Below the pieces are notes generated by a model. That model was not told the DNA's origin and ran no database searches. It worked only from the letters and a program-made list of their open reading frames with translations. The position numbers and the translations under genes were made by a program. From the NCBI GenBank assembly GCA_963715865.1, contig OY970280.1, positions 448,001 through 512,000 of the forward strand: DNA of 64,000 nucleotides. Reading direction: 5' to 3'. The DNA is from Candidatus Bathyarchaeota archaeon. GTDB taxonomy: Archaea > Thermoproteota > Bathyarchaeia > Bathyarchaeales > Bathycorpusculaceae. Every line of letters starts with the position of its first letter. Positions within the stretch are counted from its first letter, which is position 1. Of this stretch, positions 1 to 10,642 are shown one piece after another.

Positions 1-720
1 AAGTGTCTGGGGCATACCCCTAAATATTTTATATTCATAACCTTCGACGTCCATTCGAATAAGGCTTGGCGAAAGTTTATTGTTGAGGAATCTGTCGACT
101 GTTTCTTCAGAAACGCTTTGTGTTCCTATAATTTTGCCTCCGACGGAATTTTTATCCATGGAACATAGATTACAAAAGTTGGAAACATAAATCTCGGATT
201 CTTCGTTGCACTCTCCAAATGCTAGTTGAAAAGTATCCACGTTTTCTAAATTATTTAGGCGCACGTTCTTTTTCAGTAATTTGATGTTACCTTGTACGGG
301 TTCAACTGCATAGACTTTTCCGTTTGCTCCCACGAGTTGAGACTCGATTAATACGTAGTAACCGATGTTGGCGCCAATATCTAAGACAACATCACCTTCC
401 TTGATGACGCCGTCACCAATCAAGTAATCAGTGCAGATAACCTCTCTCTTCTTGTACAAAAATAAGTCCCTGTGAATGGCACCATTTTTTGGAAAGAGAA
501 ACATTTTGGATTTGTTTACTTCTACAATGGCACCGTTTTTAGGCAAGTATCTTAGACGCAGAAGAAGGTTCTTGAGTAATACTGCGATGAATATGGAAAC
601 TGTCTTTTCAAAGCCTCTCTTGCGAGCCATTTTAATAGTTCTATGAAATGGGATTGTCGTTATTACGAACCTTCTTAATGTTCGCATGGGGTCCTTCGCT
701 TTCACCCGGCGACCATGCAT
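1..720 (-). CDS. FkbM-family SAM-dependent methyltransferase (3' end runs off the window; start 720 or 687)
   Basis: Not in the ORF track. Hand translation gives VVLDIGANIGYY...VYAVEPV and LIRMDVEGYE, the FkbM motifs. Confidence 0.85.
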   Translation of the reverse strand, partial: MHGRRVKAKDPMRTLRRFVITTIPFHRTIKMARKRGFEKTVSIFIAVLLKNLLLRLRYLPKNGAIVEVNKSKMFLFPKNGAIHRDLFLYKKREVICTDYLIGDGVIKEGDVVLDIGANIGYYVLIESQLVGANGKVYAVEPVQGNIKLLKKNVRLNNLENVDTFQLAFGECNEESEIYVSNFCNLCSMDKNSVGGKIIGTQSVSEETVDRFLNNKLSPSLIRMDVEGYEYKIFRGMPQTL

Positions 721-1225
721 TCATCTTTTTAGCCCTTAAGTAATCCATTTTCCCAGTTTAGCCCCAATTCCTTCCCAAATTAACCAATGATTTGACCTTG
801 CCCAAGCAAAATTGAAGGAACATAAAGTTATACAACGATTAACAGGTCCAAAAACAGTAAACATTAACTCAATTTCGGGACAAGGCAAGCACAATAGTCG
901 CAACTATTGAGCCTGTTGAATAGCCTACTGTAGTATAGTGATAGTGAAGCCGAGCGTTAAAGTGATGACTATTGAGTCTGCTTCGGCGCATTTATGATAA
1001 AGTCAGTTTTCCTAAGTGAAAAAGGTTGACGCAATAAGCATACAGGCCAAAAGCTAGAGACATTTGTTCGGTCGCGTAAAAGTTTTGTTCAAACAATCCA
1101 GCCCGCAAAAGAAGCCTTGAGCATAGAAAAAGTTGTTAGGAAACACGCATTTGTCTGTCGCTAACGTGGCAGGTTTTCTCTAGGTTTTTATAAAAAGAGA
1201 TTGCCCGTAAGAAAAATGGGCTAAA

Positions 1226-2680
1226 TTAACGTTTTAAAGTGCTGATTAACTGTTTTTCAGCGTTGAAGACTTCAACAGTTAACGGCATTTGTCCAACTGC
1301 AAAGTGCGTTGCGCATCCGAAGCATGGGTCGTAAGCTCGGAAAGCCATTTCAACCATGTTAAGTATGCCTTGGTCAACCTTGCCGCCGTGGATTAAACCT
1401 TTAGCTGCATCGCGTACGCTCATGCATATTGCTGGGTAATTGTTTGTTGTTGCAACAATCAGGTTTACGTCTTTAACAAGCGCATCCTTATCTAACGTGT
1501 AATGGTGAATCAATGTGCCCCTTGCGGCTTCGACTATGCCAACGCCTTCGCCTGGTTCACCTGGTTTGTTGCGTACGTTTGTGCTGGTGATTTCCGGGTC
1601 TTTGACTAGTTCCATTGTTCTTTCAGTAGCGTAAAGCAGCTCGATTAGTCGTGCCCAGTGGAAAGCCAGAGTGCTGTGGACTGGTTTGCCGCCTAAAGTC
1701 TTGTACATTTCTTGGTATTCTGCCTGTGCAAGCGGAGTAGCCATGCCGTCTGAAGCGTTTAGTCTTCCAAGCGGACCAACACGGTAAACGCCGCTGGCTG
1801 CGCCTGAAACTTGGCCTTTCCAACCTACTGCTTTAAGGAATGGGAATTTGCTGTATGTCCATTCTTCGACGTGTTCGCCGATGTGTTTGAGGTAGTCTTT
1901 TGATTCGAATTTTACGAATTCTTTGCCTGATGGGTCGACAACGCGGATTTTGCCGTCATAAAAGTTAACTTTATTGTTCTTGTCAACTGTGCCCATGTAG
2001 TAGGTTGGCATTGTGTAAGCTGGGCTTTTGATTAAGTCAACGTATTTGCTGTTGCCTAAAACAATGTCATGGAAAAGTTTAAGCGTGAACTGCGCGAAGT
2101 TTACGCATGAAGCAGCCATTTTCTCGATTTCTTGCCTGTTAGCTTCACTTAGTGGCTTGGAGATTCCGCCTGGTAAACCGCAGACTGGGTGAGTTGCTTT
2201 TCCACCGATGATTTCAGTTATTTTTTGACCGTAAGCTCGGTGTTTTATGACTTCTTTTGCAACCTCCATTCCTGCTTTCTCGATGACGCCGAGGATGTTG
2301 CGTTTTTCTGGTGGTGCGTCTGGTCCAACTATGAAGTCTGGTCCACCAAGATAATAGAAGTGCAATGTATGATCGTAAATGAAATATGCGCTATACATTA
2401 GTTCGCGCAGTTTCTTTGCGGCTGAGGGTGGTTCAACGTTGAATGCTGCGTCTAAGGCTTTGGTTGCTGCAAAATGGTGAGCAACTGGGCAAACGCCGCA
2501 GATTCTAGTTGTGAGTTGCGGCATGAGTTCGGCTTTTCTGCCGACACAGAATTTCTCAAAACCTCGAAGCTCAGGAATTTTAAGGTAAGCGTTTTCAACT
2601 TCGCCTTTATCGTTGAGAAATATGGAAACGTTTCCGTGTCCTTCAAGACGCGTGATTGGGTCTATGACTATTTCTTTCAT
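1226..2680 (-). CDS. mvhA: [NiFe]-hydrogenase large subunit, group 3c (MvhA-like)
   Basis: L1 RICGVCP and L2 AYDPCFGCATH with a C-terminal extension; next to mvhG and hdrBC. Confidence 0.9.
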   Translation of the reverse strand: MKEIVIDPITRLEGHGNVSIFLNDKGEVENAYLKIPELRGFEKFCVGRKAELMPQLTTRICGVCPVAHHFAATKALDAAFNVEPPSAAKKLRELMYSAYFIYDHTLHFYYLGGPDFIVGPDAPPEKRNILGVIEKAGMEVAKEVIKHRAYGQKITEIIGGKATHPVCGLPGGISKPLSEANRQEIEKMAASCVNFAQFTLKLFHDIVLGNSKYVDLIKSPAYTMPTYYMGTVDKNNKVNFYDGKIRVVDPSGKEFVKFESKDYLKHIGEHVEEWTYSKFPFLKAVGWKGQVSGAASGVYRVGPLGRLNASDGMATPLAQAEYQEMYKTLGGKPVHSTLAFHWARLIELLYATERTMELVKDPEITSTNVRNKPGEPGEGVGIVEAARGTLIHHYTLDKDALVKDVNLIVATTNNYPAICMSVRDAAKGLIHGGKVDQGILNMVEMAFRAYDPCFGCATHFAVGQMPLTVEVFNAEKQLISTLKR

Positions 2681-3667
2681 TTTTTAATCACCTTTCTCTT
2701 AAGGATTGATGCTGGTAAACTGATACATGTAGAATGTGCCAACTGGATCTTGGACTTGGCTAAGTAAGTCTTCAATCTCTTTTTCAGTGTACTTGGTTTT
2801 GCCTGGTTCACCATCATATCCGAGAATGGAAGCTAAAGCAGATATCATTGCTGCTCCTTGCTCTGGAACGTTCGGAGCTGGTCCACCGCAACCTGTGCAG
2901 GGCATGTCAACGTTTAAGCATTGAGCGCCGCAGCCGCTTCTGGTTGCAAGTCCTAGGCAGAGTATGCCTTGTTCAAGGAGGCATTTTTCTGGTTCTGGAG
3001 CTTTCTCGTAGACTCGGTAGATTTTGCCGATTTTTTTGTTTTCTCGTTTTCTTGGGCATTCGTCGCATACTGCTTTGAGTGGTGCGAGCACTGAGCCTTT
3101 TGGCGGTAGCTTGTTGCTTGCTATCGCGTCTACTGCGGCAGCGATTAGTTTGACTGGTGGCGGGCAACCTGGCAGATAATAGTCTACGTCCACTGTTTGA
3201 TCTAGGGTTTTTACGGTGTCGTAGAATTCTGGGATTTTTAGGATGCCTTCTTTAACTTGAGTTTGAGTTTTAGGCGTTACTGCTTGAGGGTTGATGTTTG
3301 ATTTGTCTTTTACGTAAACTTGCTCGAAAATTTCTTTCTTATTGTGTAAGTTTGCTAATCCAGGCACGCTTCCTTGGTGTGCGCATGAGCCGAACGCAAC
3401 AAGGGTTTTAGATTTTTGCCTCAATAGCTTAGCCATGTGTTCTTGTTCGGAATTGCGTATTGAACCGTTAAAGAAGGTTATGTCAATGTACTTGTCAGGC
3501 ATGTTTTCAACATCTTTGTATTTGATGTCAATGGCTACTGGCCAAAAAACTATGTCGGCTATTTGTACTACGTCAAGGATTTTCTCGTTTATATCTAAGA
3601 CGGCTATTTCGCAACCGCCGCAACTTGCAGCCCAGTAAAATGCTATTTTTAACTTGTTTTTACTCAT
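2677..3667 (-). CDS. mvhG: [NiFe]-hydrogenase small subunit MvhG (1-nt insertion near 2723)
   Basis: ASCGGC, GSCA, GCPP and CLGLATRSGCGAQC motifs. Removing one base at ~2723 restores YMYSLPASILKRKVIKK* overlapping the mvhA ATG. Confidence 0.88.
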
Positions 3668-4557
3668 TGTTTGAGTACTCCCTCGGTTACTTGTTTTAGT
3701 ATTTTTGATGCGTTTACTCGGAGTTCGTTGAAGGCTAATTCTTCAGGTGCCATACCCATTGCTAACCCGAGTAATTGTGGGTAATGGAGAATTGGAATAC
3801 CATAGGTTTCATTAAACATTTTCTCTATTCGCAACTCGTTTGTATCATACATTATGTGGCAAAACGGACAAATGGTGATTAACGCTTGTGCATCAACCAT
3901 TTTTACATGGTTTAGTTTGTCTCTTGCGAGTTGCAGAGCGACTTTGTCGCTGACTCCGACGCTTGGTGCTCCACAGCATTCTGTTTCATCAATGTAGTCT
4001 AGGCATGTGGCTCCTGTAGCTTCGATGAGCATTTTGAGTGTTTGCGGGTCTTCTGGGTCGTCAAAGCCTATGTATTCTTTGGGTCTTAGGATGTGGCAGC
4101 CGTTGTGCTCAGCAACTTTAAGCATAGTAAGCGGTTTTACGACGGAGGCTTTTATTTTTTCTACACCAACATCTTCCTTTAGCAGTTGCAGAAGGTGTTT
4201 GGCTTCGATGGTCCCCTTGAATTCTAATCCTACTTCTTTGAGGTGACCGTTAATTTGCTCCTTTAATGCTTTGTCCTCTTTTAGAATCTTGTTAACTTTC
4301 TTTAACGTGCCAGCGCAACCTGGGCACAAAGTGAGAATATTCAATCCTTGTTGTTCTGCCAGCGCCAAGTTTTTTGCCGCTAAAATAAGCATGGTTTCAT
4401 GGCTTACTGGATCTAAAGGTAAACCGCAACAGTTGAATTCTGGCATTTCAACCAGTTCAACGCCAAGTTTAGTTAAGACTTTGCGTGCGGAAATCTCGTA
4501 GGCTGAAACGCGATAGGGGATGGCGCATCCGAGAAAAATGAGGTATTTACTGGGCAT
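3664..4557 (-). CDS. hdrB: Heterodisulfide reductase subunit B
   Basis: Two CCG domains (FNCCG, CPGC, ECCG, CPFC). Confidence 0.9.
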   Translation of the reverse strand: MPSKYLIFLGCAIPYRVSAYEISARKVLTKLGVELVEMPEFNCCGLPLDPVSHETMLILAAKNLALAEQQGLNILTLCPGCAGTLKKVNKILKEDKALKEQINGHLKEVGLEFKGTIEAKHLLQLLKEDVGVEKIKASVVKPLTMLKVAEHNGCHILRPKEYIGFDDPEDPQTLKMLIEATGATCLDYIDETECCGAPSVGVSDKVALQLARDKLNHVKMVDAQALITICPFCHIMYDTNELRIEKMFNETYGIPILHYPQLLGLAMGMAPEELAFNELRVNASKILKQVTEGVLKQ

Positions 4558-5104
4558 TTGGTTGCTCTCCTGCCGGTTTTTGGACGGTTTCGATGAATTT
4601 TACGCCTTTGAGCGTTTTTCGCACGTTTTCTGCGTTGCCTTTCGGCAGGGGTGGGAGCCCTTGTGATTCACGTTTTTTAATTCTTAACTCGGGAATCTTG
4701 TAAGCATAGCCTGATTCAAGAAGACTTGCGGCTTGCTCTTTGAAAACTTGAGGTATGCAACCATTTTCTGCTGCTAAATTGCGAAACACGCGGATTACGC
4801 TTGCTACTTCAACGTCTTGTGGGCAGCGGTCTGTGCATGTGAAGCAGGCTGCGCATAACCATAATGTGTCGCTTTTGAGCACGCGGTCACGAAGGCCAAG
4901 CTGAGCCATGTGGATTAGGGTTCGTGGACGATAACTGTCGCTGTATCTTGCGACTGGGCAGTCTGATGTGCATGTTCCGCACTGAAAACATTTGAGTATT
5001 TTTTCGCTTCCGTGCATTTTCAGCAATTCATACTTGAATTTTGGGTCTAGCTCGGAAGCTTTTATCGGCTCTTTGCCTGATGTTGTTGCTGCTGTCTCAG
5101 TCAT
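4547..5104 (-). CDS. hdrC: Heterodisulfide reductase subunit C
   Basis: CFQCGTCTSDCP and CAACFTCTDRCP 4Fe-4S motifs; overlaps hdrB. Confidence 0.9.
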   Translation of the reverse strand: MTETAATTSGKEPIKASELDPKFKYELLKMHGSEKILKCFQCGTCTSDCPVARYSDSYRPRTLIHMAQLGLRDRVLKSDTLWLCAACFTCTDRCPQDVEVASVIRVFRNLAAENGCIPQVFKEQAASLLESGYAYKIPELRIKKRESQGLPPLPKGNAENVRKTLKGVKFIETVQKPAGEQPNAQ

Positions 5105-5334
5105 TTGAATTCACTTGACTGGTTTTCGGTAGCACCATGCGTGCTATTTACTCACAATTCCCAACTCAACTACATAAATGTTCAGTCAAGGCTTAGGCGA
5201 TTCTTCCATAGTTGCAGGTAGTATCATCTTTACTTTTTCCATGTGTCGATACCAGCGTACAAAGGCTTGTTTGAGAAGTTACAGCGGAAAAAATGGAGTT
5301 TTAAAAGTCTTTTTCATTCAAAATGCGCCTATCC

Positions 5335-5495
5335 TACGTCTTTTTAGGACGAGTTTCACTAGTAAAAAGTAGCCCTCCTCCCTCTACCGGTACCTCATTT
5401 TTGAGCCAGAAATCCACTAACAAAAAGCAGCCTACTCTACCCCAGCAACCGCTAAAAACTTACCACGTACAAGCCAAGACTTATGCTCTTTTTGA
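5335..5495 (-). repeat. Dispersed intergenic repeat, copy A (two internal sub-units)
   Basis: The reverse complement aligns by eye with 31575-31745 (e.g. GTACGTRGT-AAGTTTTYAGCG..GCWGGGGTAGRGTAGGCT..TCAAAAA..AGGTACYGG). Confidence 0.6.
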
Positions 5496-5561
5496 GCGAT
5501 TAAAAACAAATTCGCTAGAAACTAAAAATGAAGCAATAACAAAAAGAAAGAAAAAGATTGC

Positions 5562-7008
5562 TTATCTTACTTTGCGGTCAACCAGTCTGCCATCAGCATC
5601 GACTAGTTTTACGTCTAATGGCATGTTGCCGACAGCGTGCGTTGCGCAGCTTAAGCATGGGTCGAAATGCTCTGATTACTGCTTCAACCCTGTTTAGCAT
5701 GCCTTCTTGGAGCTGTTTTGCTTTAACGTATTTCTTAGCTACCTGCGTTATTGCCATGTTGTAGGCGATGTTGTTGTGTTCCGTTGCGATTACCATGTTG
5801 TTCCATGTGATTAATCCTTGCGGGTCAACTTTGTAGTGGTGAATTAGAGTGCCTCTTGGTGCTTCAGCTACGCCGACGCCTTCATAATTGTTCACCATGG
5901 CTTTGGATGTGACGTGTTCAGAGAGGATTTCTGGGTCTTCAAGTAGTTTCTTAGCGGTTTCAACACAAAACAGCAGCTCTATCAACCGTGCGTAGTGATA
6001 GTGGAATGTGCTTTGAACAACTCCGTTCTTGCCCAGCTTCTTGAATTCCTTTAGTTCTTGGTCTGCAAGCGGTGTGTCACAGTGCGAAGCAACGTTAAGC
6101 CTTGCCAATGGTCCGACTCTGTATGCGCCGTCTGGGTAACCGATGGGTTTGAAGTATGGAAACTTCATGTAAGACCAGGGTTCAACGGCTTCACCGATAA
6201 ATTCATTGTACTTTGTCGGGTCGACACATTCAGCGACTATTTTGCCGTTCTTATCCCTTATTCGAAGTGTGCCATCGTAATGTTCAAGTCCGCCGTCAGC
6301 ACTTACCAAACTCATATAGTATGTTGGGAAGTTGCCGAAGTTTTCAACTTCTTCGTCGAATCCTTCCAGCCACTTCTTGAATAGCGCAATGGTTTTGAGT
6401 GCGCTTTCTTGGGCTTCAGGCAAATTAGACAACAGGTAATCAGCTCTTTCTTTTGTAAGTGGCCATTTGGCGCCGCCTGGCAAAATCCAGTCGCTTGAGT
6501 GAATTCTTTTGCCAGCTATTTTCTCGATGAGTTCTTGACCGAACTTTCGAAGCCTGATGCCTTGGCGTGCAAGTTCAGGCTGCTTTTCTATCAAGCCGAA
6601 CACGTTTCGTACCGCTGGGTCAGCATCCATACCTAACAGCAAGTCAGGCGATGAAAGGTAATAGAAGTTTAATGCGTGAGATTGAATCAGTTGCCCCATG
6701 TGCATTAGGCGACGCAGCATTATGGCAGTTTTTGGTGGGCTGACTCCGACGATTGCATCGCACGCTTTGGCTGAAGCTAATAGGTGGCTTACTGGACAGA
6801 TACCGCAAGCTCGTGATGTTATGCCGGGCATTTCGTAGAATGGTCTACCTTCAGTGAATTTCTCGAAACCTCTGAAGTCAGTCACTTGGAACCTTGCGTC
6901 TCTTACAGTATCGTCGTCTTTTAGGAAGATGGTTACTTGAGCGTGCCCTTCGATTCTTGTTATGGGGCTGATTACGATTTGTTTACCGTTTTTTTGTTCC
7001 TTAACCAT
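5562..7008 (-). CDS. hoxH: NAD-reducing/bidirectional [NiFe]-hydrogenase large subunit HoxH (1-nt insertion at ~5666)
   Basis: L1 RACGICP. Removing one T from the TTT run restores [36 protein letters not shown] (stop 5562-5564). Confidence 0.88.
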
Positions 7009-7543
7009 ATTTTGATCTACCCTCCATGTTAGGTGTTCTGCCAGCCAACAACTCGGTTAACACGTAGTTAATCAGGTCTGCAGATGGCGGACACCCAGGA
7101 ATGAAAAAGTCAACTTTAACAGCTTCATGAAGCGGACGAGCCTTAACAAGCAGTTTAGGCACCTGATCTGGACGCTGCGGGTTCAAATCAGACTTGTCAA
7201 GGTAAGCTCTCTCCAAAACTTCTTGGTCACTGCGGTCCCAAGCGTTTCGCAAAGCGGTAACGTTTCCTGTTACAGCACAGTCGCCCAGTGAAATCAAGAT
7301 TTTACTTCTTGCTCTAGCTGTTTTAAGCATAGCTAACTGTTCCTCGTTGGCTAAAGCGCCCTCAATCAAGGTTACGTCAACATTTTCTGGGAATTGCTTA
7401 ATGTCAGCGATTGGGCTGTAAACTAGCTGTATTTTCTGGGCTAAATCAATAAGTCGCTCATCTTGGTCTAGGAATGACATGTGGCAGCCTGAGCAGCCGC
7501 TAAGCCAAATGGTGGCGACTCTAACTTTTGCGGGTGGGGTCAT
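7001..7543 (-). CDS. hoxY: Hydrogenase small subunit HoxY
   Basis: 180 aa single-cluster small subunit with SGCSGC, GDCA and GCPP motifs. Confidence 0.88.
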   Translation of the reverse strand: MTPPAKVRVATIWLSGCSGCHMSFLDQDERLIDLAQKIQLVYSPIADIKQFPENVDVTLIEGALANEEQLAMLKTARARSKILISLGDCAVTGNVTALRNAWDRSDQEVLERAYLDKSDLNPQRPDQVPKLLVKARPLHEAVKVDFFIPGCPPSADLINYVLTELLAGRTPNMEGRSKYG

Positions 7544-8247
7544 TTGCGGTTCCTCCTTGCCACGATAAACTCGGCAATATCTTTACGCTTACTATGTGCG
7601 ATGGGTTCTCCTTCTATGTAAATGGCTCCAACAGGACAAACTTTAGCGCATTTGCGGCATGAAGTGCAAGAGCAAGAATTAGCCCAATGCTCATCAAGAT
7701 CCATGATTACCTGAGAATCTTTACCTCGCAACTTCAGGTCAAGCGTGTGAACACCTTCAATTTGATCACACACACGTATGCACCGAGTACACAAAATGCA
7801 CCTGTTCCGATCAATAACTAAGAAGTCATGAGTGGAATCAATTTCGTCGCGGCTCCAGTTTCGCTCAAACATGACATGGTCAACGCCAAGCTGGTTTGCC
7901 ATGTCTTGCAGTTCACAGTGTTCGTCGGCTATGCAGACTGAGCAGATGTGGGTTCTCTCGGCAAGAAGCATCTGCACAACCATCTTGCGGTATTCTTTTA
8001 GTTTTTCTGAGTTAGTGGTAACTTCCATTCCAGTGCTCACAGGAGTTATACAAGCTGGGAAAAGCTTAGGTGAACCGCTAATCTCGACGAGGCAAAGGCG
8101 GCAGCCGCCATAGGCGGTTAAGCCTTCTAGGTTGCAGAGCGTGGGAATAATGATGCCGATGTCTTTGGCAGCTTTGAGAATCATTGTGCCTTCTGGAACG
8201 GTAACTTCAACACCATCTATTTTTAATTTAACAGTTCCAATACTCAA
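7540..8247 (-). CDS. hoxU: Diaphorase subunit HoxU (NuoG N-terminal-like)
   Basis: 2Fe-2S (PTLC..CRLC..C), HxxxCxxC and 2x4Fe-4S motifs. Confidence 0.88.
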   Translation of the reverse strand: MSIGTVKLKIDGVEVTVPEGTMILKAAKDIGIIIPTLCNLEGLTAYGGCRLCLVEISGSPKLFPACITPVSTGMEVTTNSEKLKEYRKMVVQMLLAERTHICSVCIADEHCELQDMANQLGVDHVMFERNWSRDEIDSTHDFLVIDRNRCILCTRCIRVCDQIEGVHTLDLKLRGKDSQVIMDLDEHWANSCSCTSCRKCAKVCPVGAIYIEGEPIAHSKRKDIAEFIVARRNRK

Positions 8248-8250
8248 GTT

Positions 8251-9917
8251 TTAAGCCTCCTTCCCATTTTTGAAACATTTACCTGCCTTGCATTTTTTCT
8301 CAACAATATGCTCAAGGTACTCATCTTTGAAGTATCGCAAAGTTGTCAAGACAGGGTTCGGTGCTGTTTGCCCCAGACCGCAAAGGCTTGCGTCTCTTAT
8401 GAAAACGCCAGATTTTTCTAAGGTTGCAATATCATCCATTTTGCCAGTGCCTTGCGTGATTCCATCGAATATTTCTTTTATTCGTGCAAGCCCTGCTCTG
8501 CAAGGAGTGCATTTTCCGCAGGATTCATCAACGCAGAATTCTGTGAAGAACTTTGCTGTATCCACCATGCAGGATTGGTCATCAAGGACAACGATGCCTC
8601 CTGAACCCATGATTGCGCCGACTTTTGTTAATGAGTCATAGTCTATTGGAAGTTCAAGTAAAGTGTCTGGTAGACAACCGCCTGAAGGACCACCAACCAA
8701 GACTGCCTTGAATTTTCTTCCATCAGGGACTCCTCCGCCAATATCAAAAACAACCTCTCTTAGAGAGATTCCCATAGGTACTTCAATGAGTCCTGGATTG
8801 TTGATTTGACCAGTTAAAGAGAAGCACTTTGTTCCAGTGCATTTAGGCGTTCCAATCTTTGTGAACCATAAGCCACCGTTCTGCACGATAAGCGGGACGT
8901 TGGCTAGGGTTTCAACGTTCTGGATAAGTGTGGGTTTCTTCCATAAACCAGAATTCGATGGATATGGTGGGCGTGGACGAGGCATTGCTCTCTGACCTTC
9001 AACCGAGGCAAGTATGGCTGTTTCTTCTCCAGCTACGAATGCGCCCGCACCGAAGCGTAGTTCAAGGTCAAACTTGAAGGACCCCATTTCAAGAATGTTA
9101 TCGCCAAGTAGGGACATTGCTTTTGCTTGAGCGATGGCTTTCTGCAAAGTTTGAATAGCCAGTGGGTACTCGGACCTAATGTAAATGTAACCTTTTTGTG
9201 CTCCCACGGCGTAAGCAGCTATTAGCATGCCCTCAATTATAGCGTGCGGGTCAGCTTCTGCTAAAGTTCGGTTAGCAAAGACTCCCGGGTCTCCTTCATC
9301 CAAGTTGGCGACTATGTACTTGGGAAAGTTTTGTGCTCTTGCTACGAGGCTCCATTTTTGCCCAGTTAAAAAGCCTGCGCCACCTCGACCTCTAAGACCA
9401 CTGGTTTTAACTTCGTAAATTACGCCTTGGGAGTCATGGTTGCAAGGCATTTAGCTAGGGCAGAGTAGCCACCTGCGGAAATGTAATCTTGAATTCTTGA
9501 AGGATCAATTTTGCCAGCATTTCTCAAAACAAGCCTATGCTGCTTCTGGAAGTATGCTTGGTTCTTGTAGAGCATTTCTTTGACTGGTAACCCTAAAACA
9601 ATGTGGTCACGCACTATTTCTCGAACTTTTTCAGGAGTAACACTCTGATAGAGATAATCTCCTGGTTCAATCAGCACTGCTGGACCAACTGAGCATGTGC
9701 CTATGCAGCCTGTACGTGCAACTTTGCATTCCTTATCAACGCCGAATTCTTTAACCGCATCTTCGAATGCTTTTAGCACTTTTAAAGCGCCGAAAGGAAC
9801 ACATCCGCTTGAGCAGCACACATTAATGCGGTATTTGTAGGCTCGTTCAAAATCTACTTCATGCTCAGCTACTTTTTGAAGATCATCAAGTTTCAGTTTT
9901 AACCCCTCCAAGTGCAC
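8251..9917 (-). CDS. hoxF: Diaphorase subunit HoxF (NuoF-like), split by a 1-nt deletion at ~9430
   Basis: ORF 9420-9917 encodes the thioredoxin-like 2Fe-2S domain; ORF 8251-9450 has SGLRGRGGAGF, DEGDPG and CGKCTPC. Adding one C to the CCC run joins them (TMTPQGVIYEV). The start may be CTG at 9896. Confidence 0.85.
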
Positions 9918-10374
9918 TTTTAATTTTTGCTATCACTACCTCTTTTGTGGCTTTACCGATCACTTCGTCGTCCACAACAATGTTTGGCGCCATTGCACAC
10001 GCACCAATACAGCGAGTTACAAGCAGTGAAAGCTTTCCGTCTGGTGTGGACCCGCCGCGTTTAAGACTGAATTCTTCTTCGATCGCCTGCATGATTTGTT
10101 CAACACCTTTCACATAGCAGGCGGTGCCTAAGCATCCGGTTACGACGTGTTCACCTGGTTTTTTAAGTTTAAAGTAACTATAGAAAGTCGCTACCCCGTA
10201 GACATGGCTGGGAGGAATGTTTAGTGAACCAGAAATATCCATAAGCAAATCTTTATCTAGGTACCCGTAAATTTCTTGGGCACGATGCAGTATTTCTAAA
10301 AGAGCGCTTTCTTGAAAATTATGTTCTTTCAGAACTTTTTCCAGCAATAAACGTCTATTATCTATCTCAGGCAA
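9886..10374 (-). CDS. hoxE: HoxE / NuoE-like 2Fe-2S subunit
   Basis: VATFY, CLGTAC and CIGAC motifs. Confidence 0.88.
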   Translation of the reverse strand: MPEIDNRRLLLEKVLKEHNFQESALLEILHRAQEIYGYLDKDLLMDISGSLNIPPSHVYGVATFYSYFKLKKPGEHVVTGCLGTACYVKGVEQIMQAIEEEFSLKRGGSTPDGKLSLLVTRCIGACAMAPNIVVDDEVIGKATKEVVIAKIKSALGGVKTET

Positions 10375-10469
10375 GCATTTGATCCTCCATTGAGTTTATG
10401 GGAATCATGTTCATCGCAGGCACTACTTGAAGTCCTAGTATAAAAGGTTAGAGGAGCAACTAAATGGAA

Positions 10470-10492
10470 TTTTATAGAAAATTTTCATAAAA
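10470..10492. promoter_or_regulatory. Near-perfect palindrome in the hoxE/hydBG divergent promoter
   Basis: TTTTATAGAAAATTTTCATAAAA (one bulge). It is AT-rich, so chance is possible. Confidence 0.3.
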
Positions 10493-10642
10493 TATAACGT
10501 AACTATCAAGGAATTTAGTTGTAAAGGATCAAGAAAATAGGCTTTCCCCATTCTTTTCCTTCTTTTAGAAAACAATAAATTGCTCAACTCATCAATATTA
10601 GCAAAAAAATTGCTTACATTAAGCAATCGGAGAAGAGTTAAA

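Noticed and set aside
760-1170. Possible degraded membrane-protein gene
   Set aside because: Only short hydrophobic stretches with stops in every frame; no recognisable motif.
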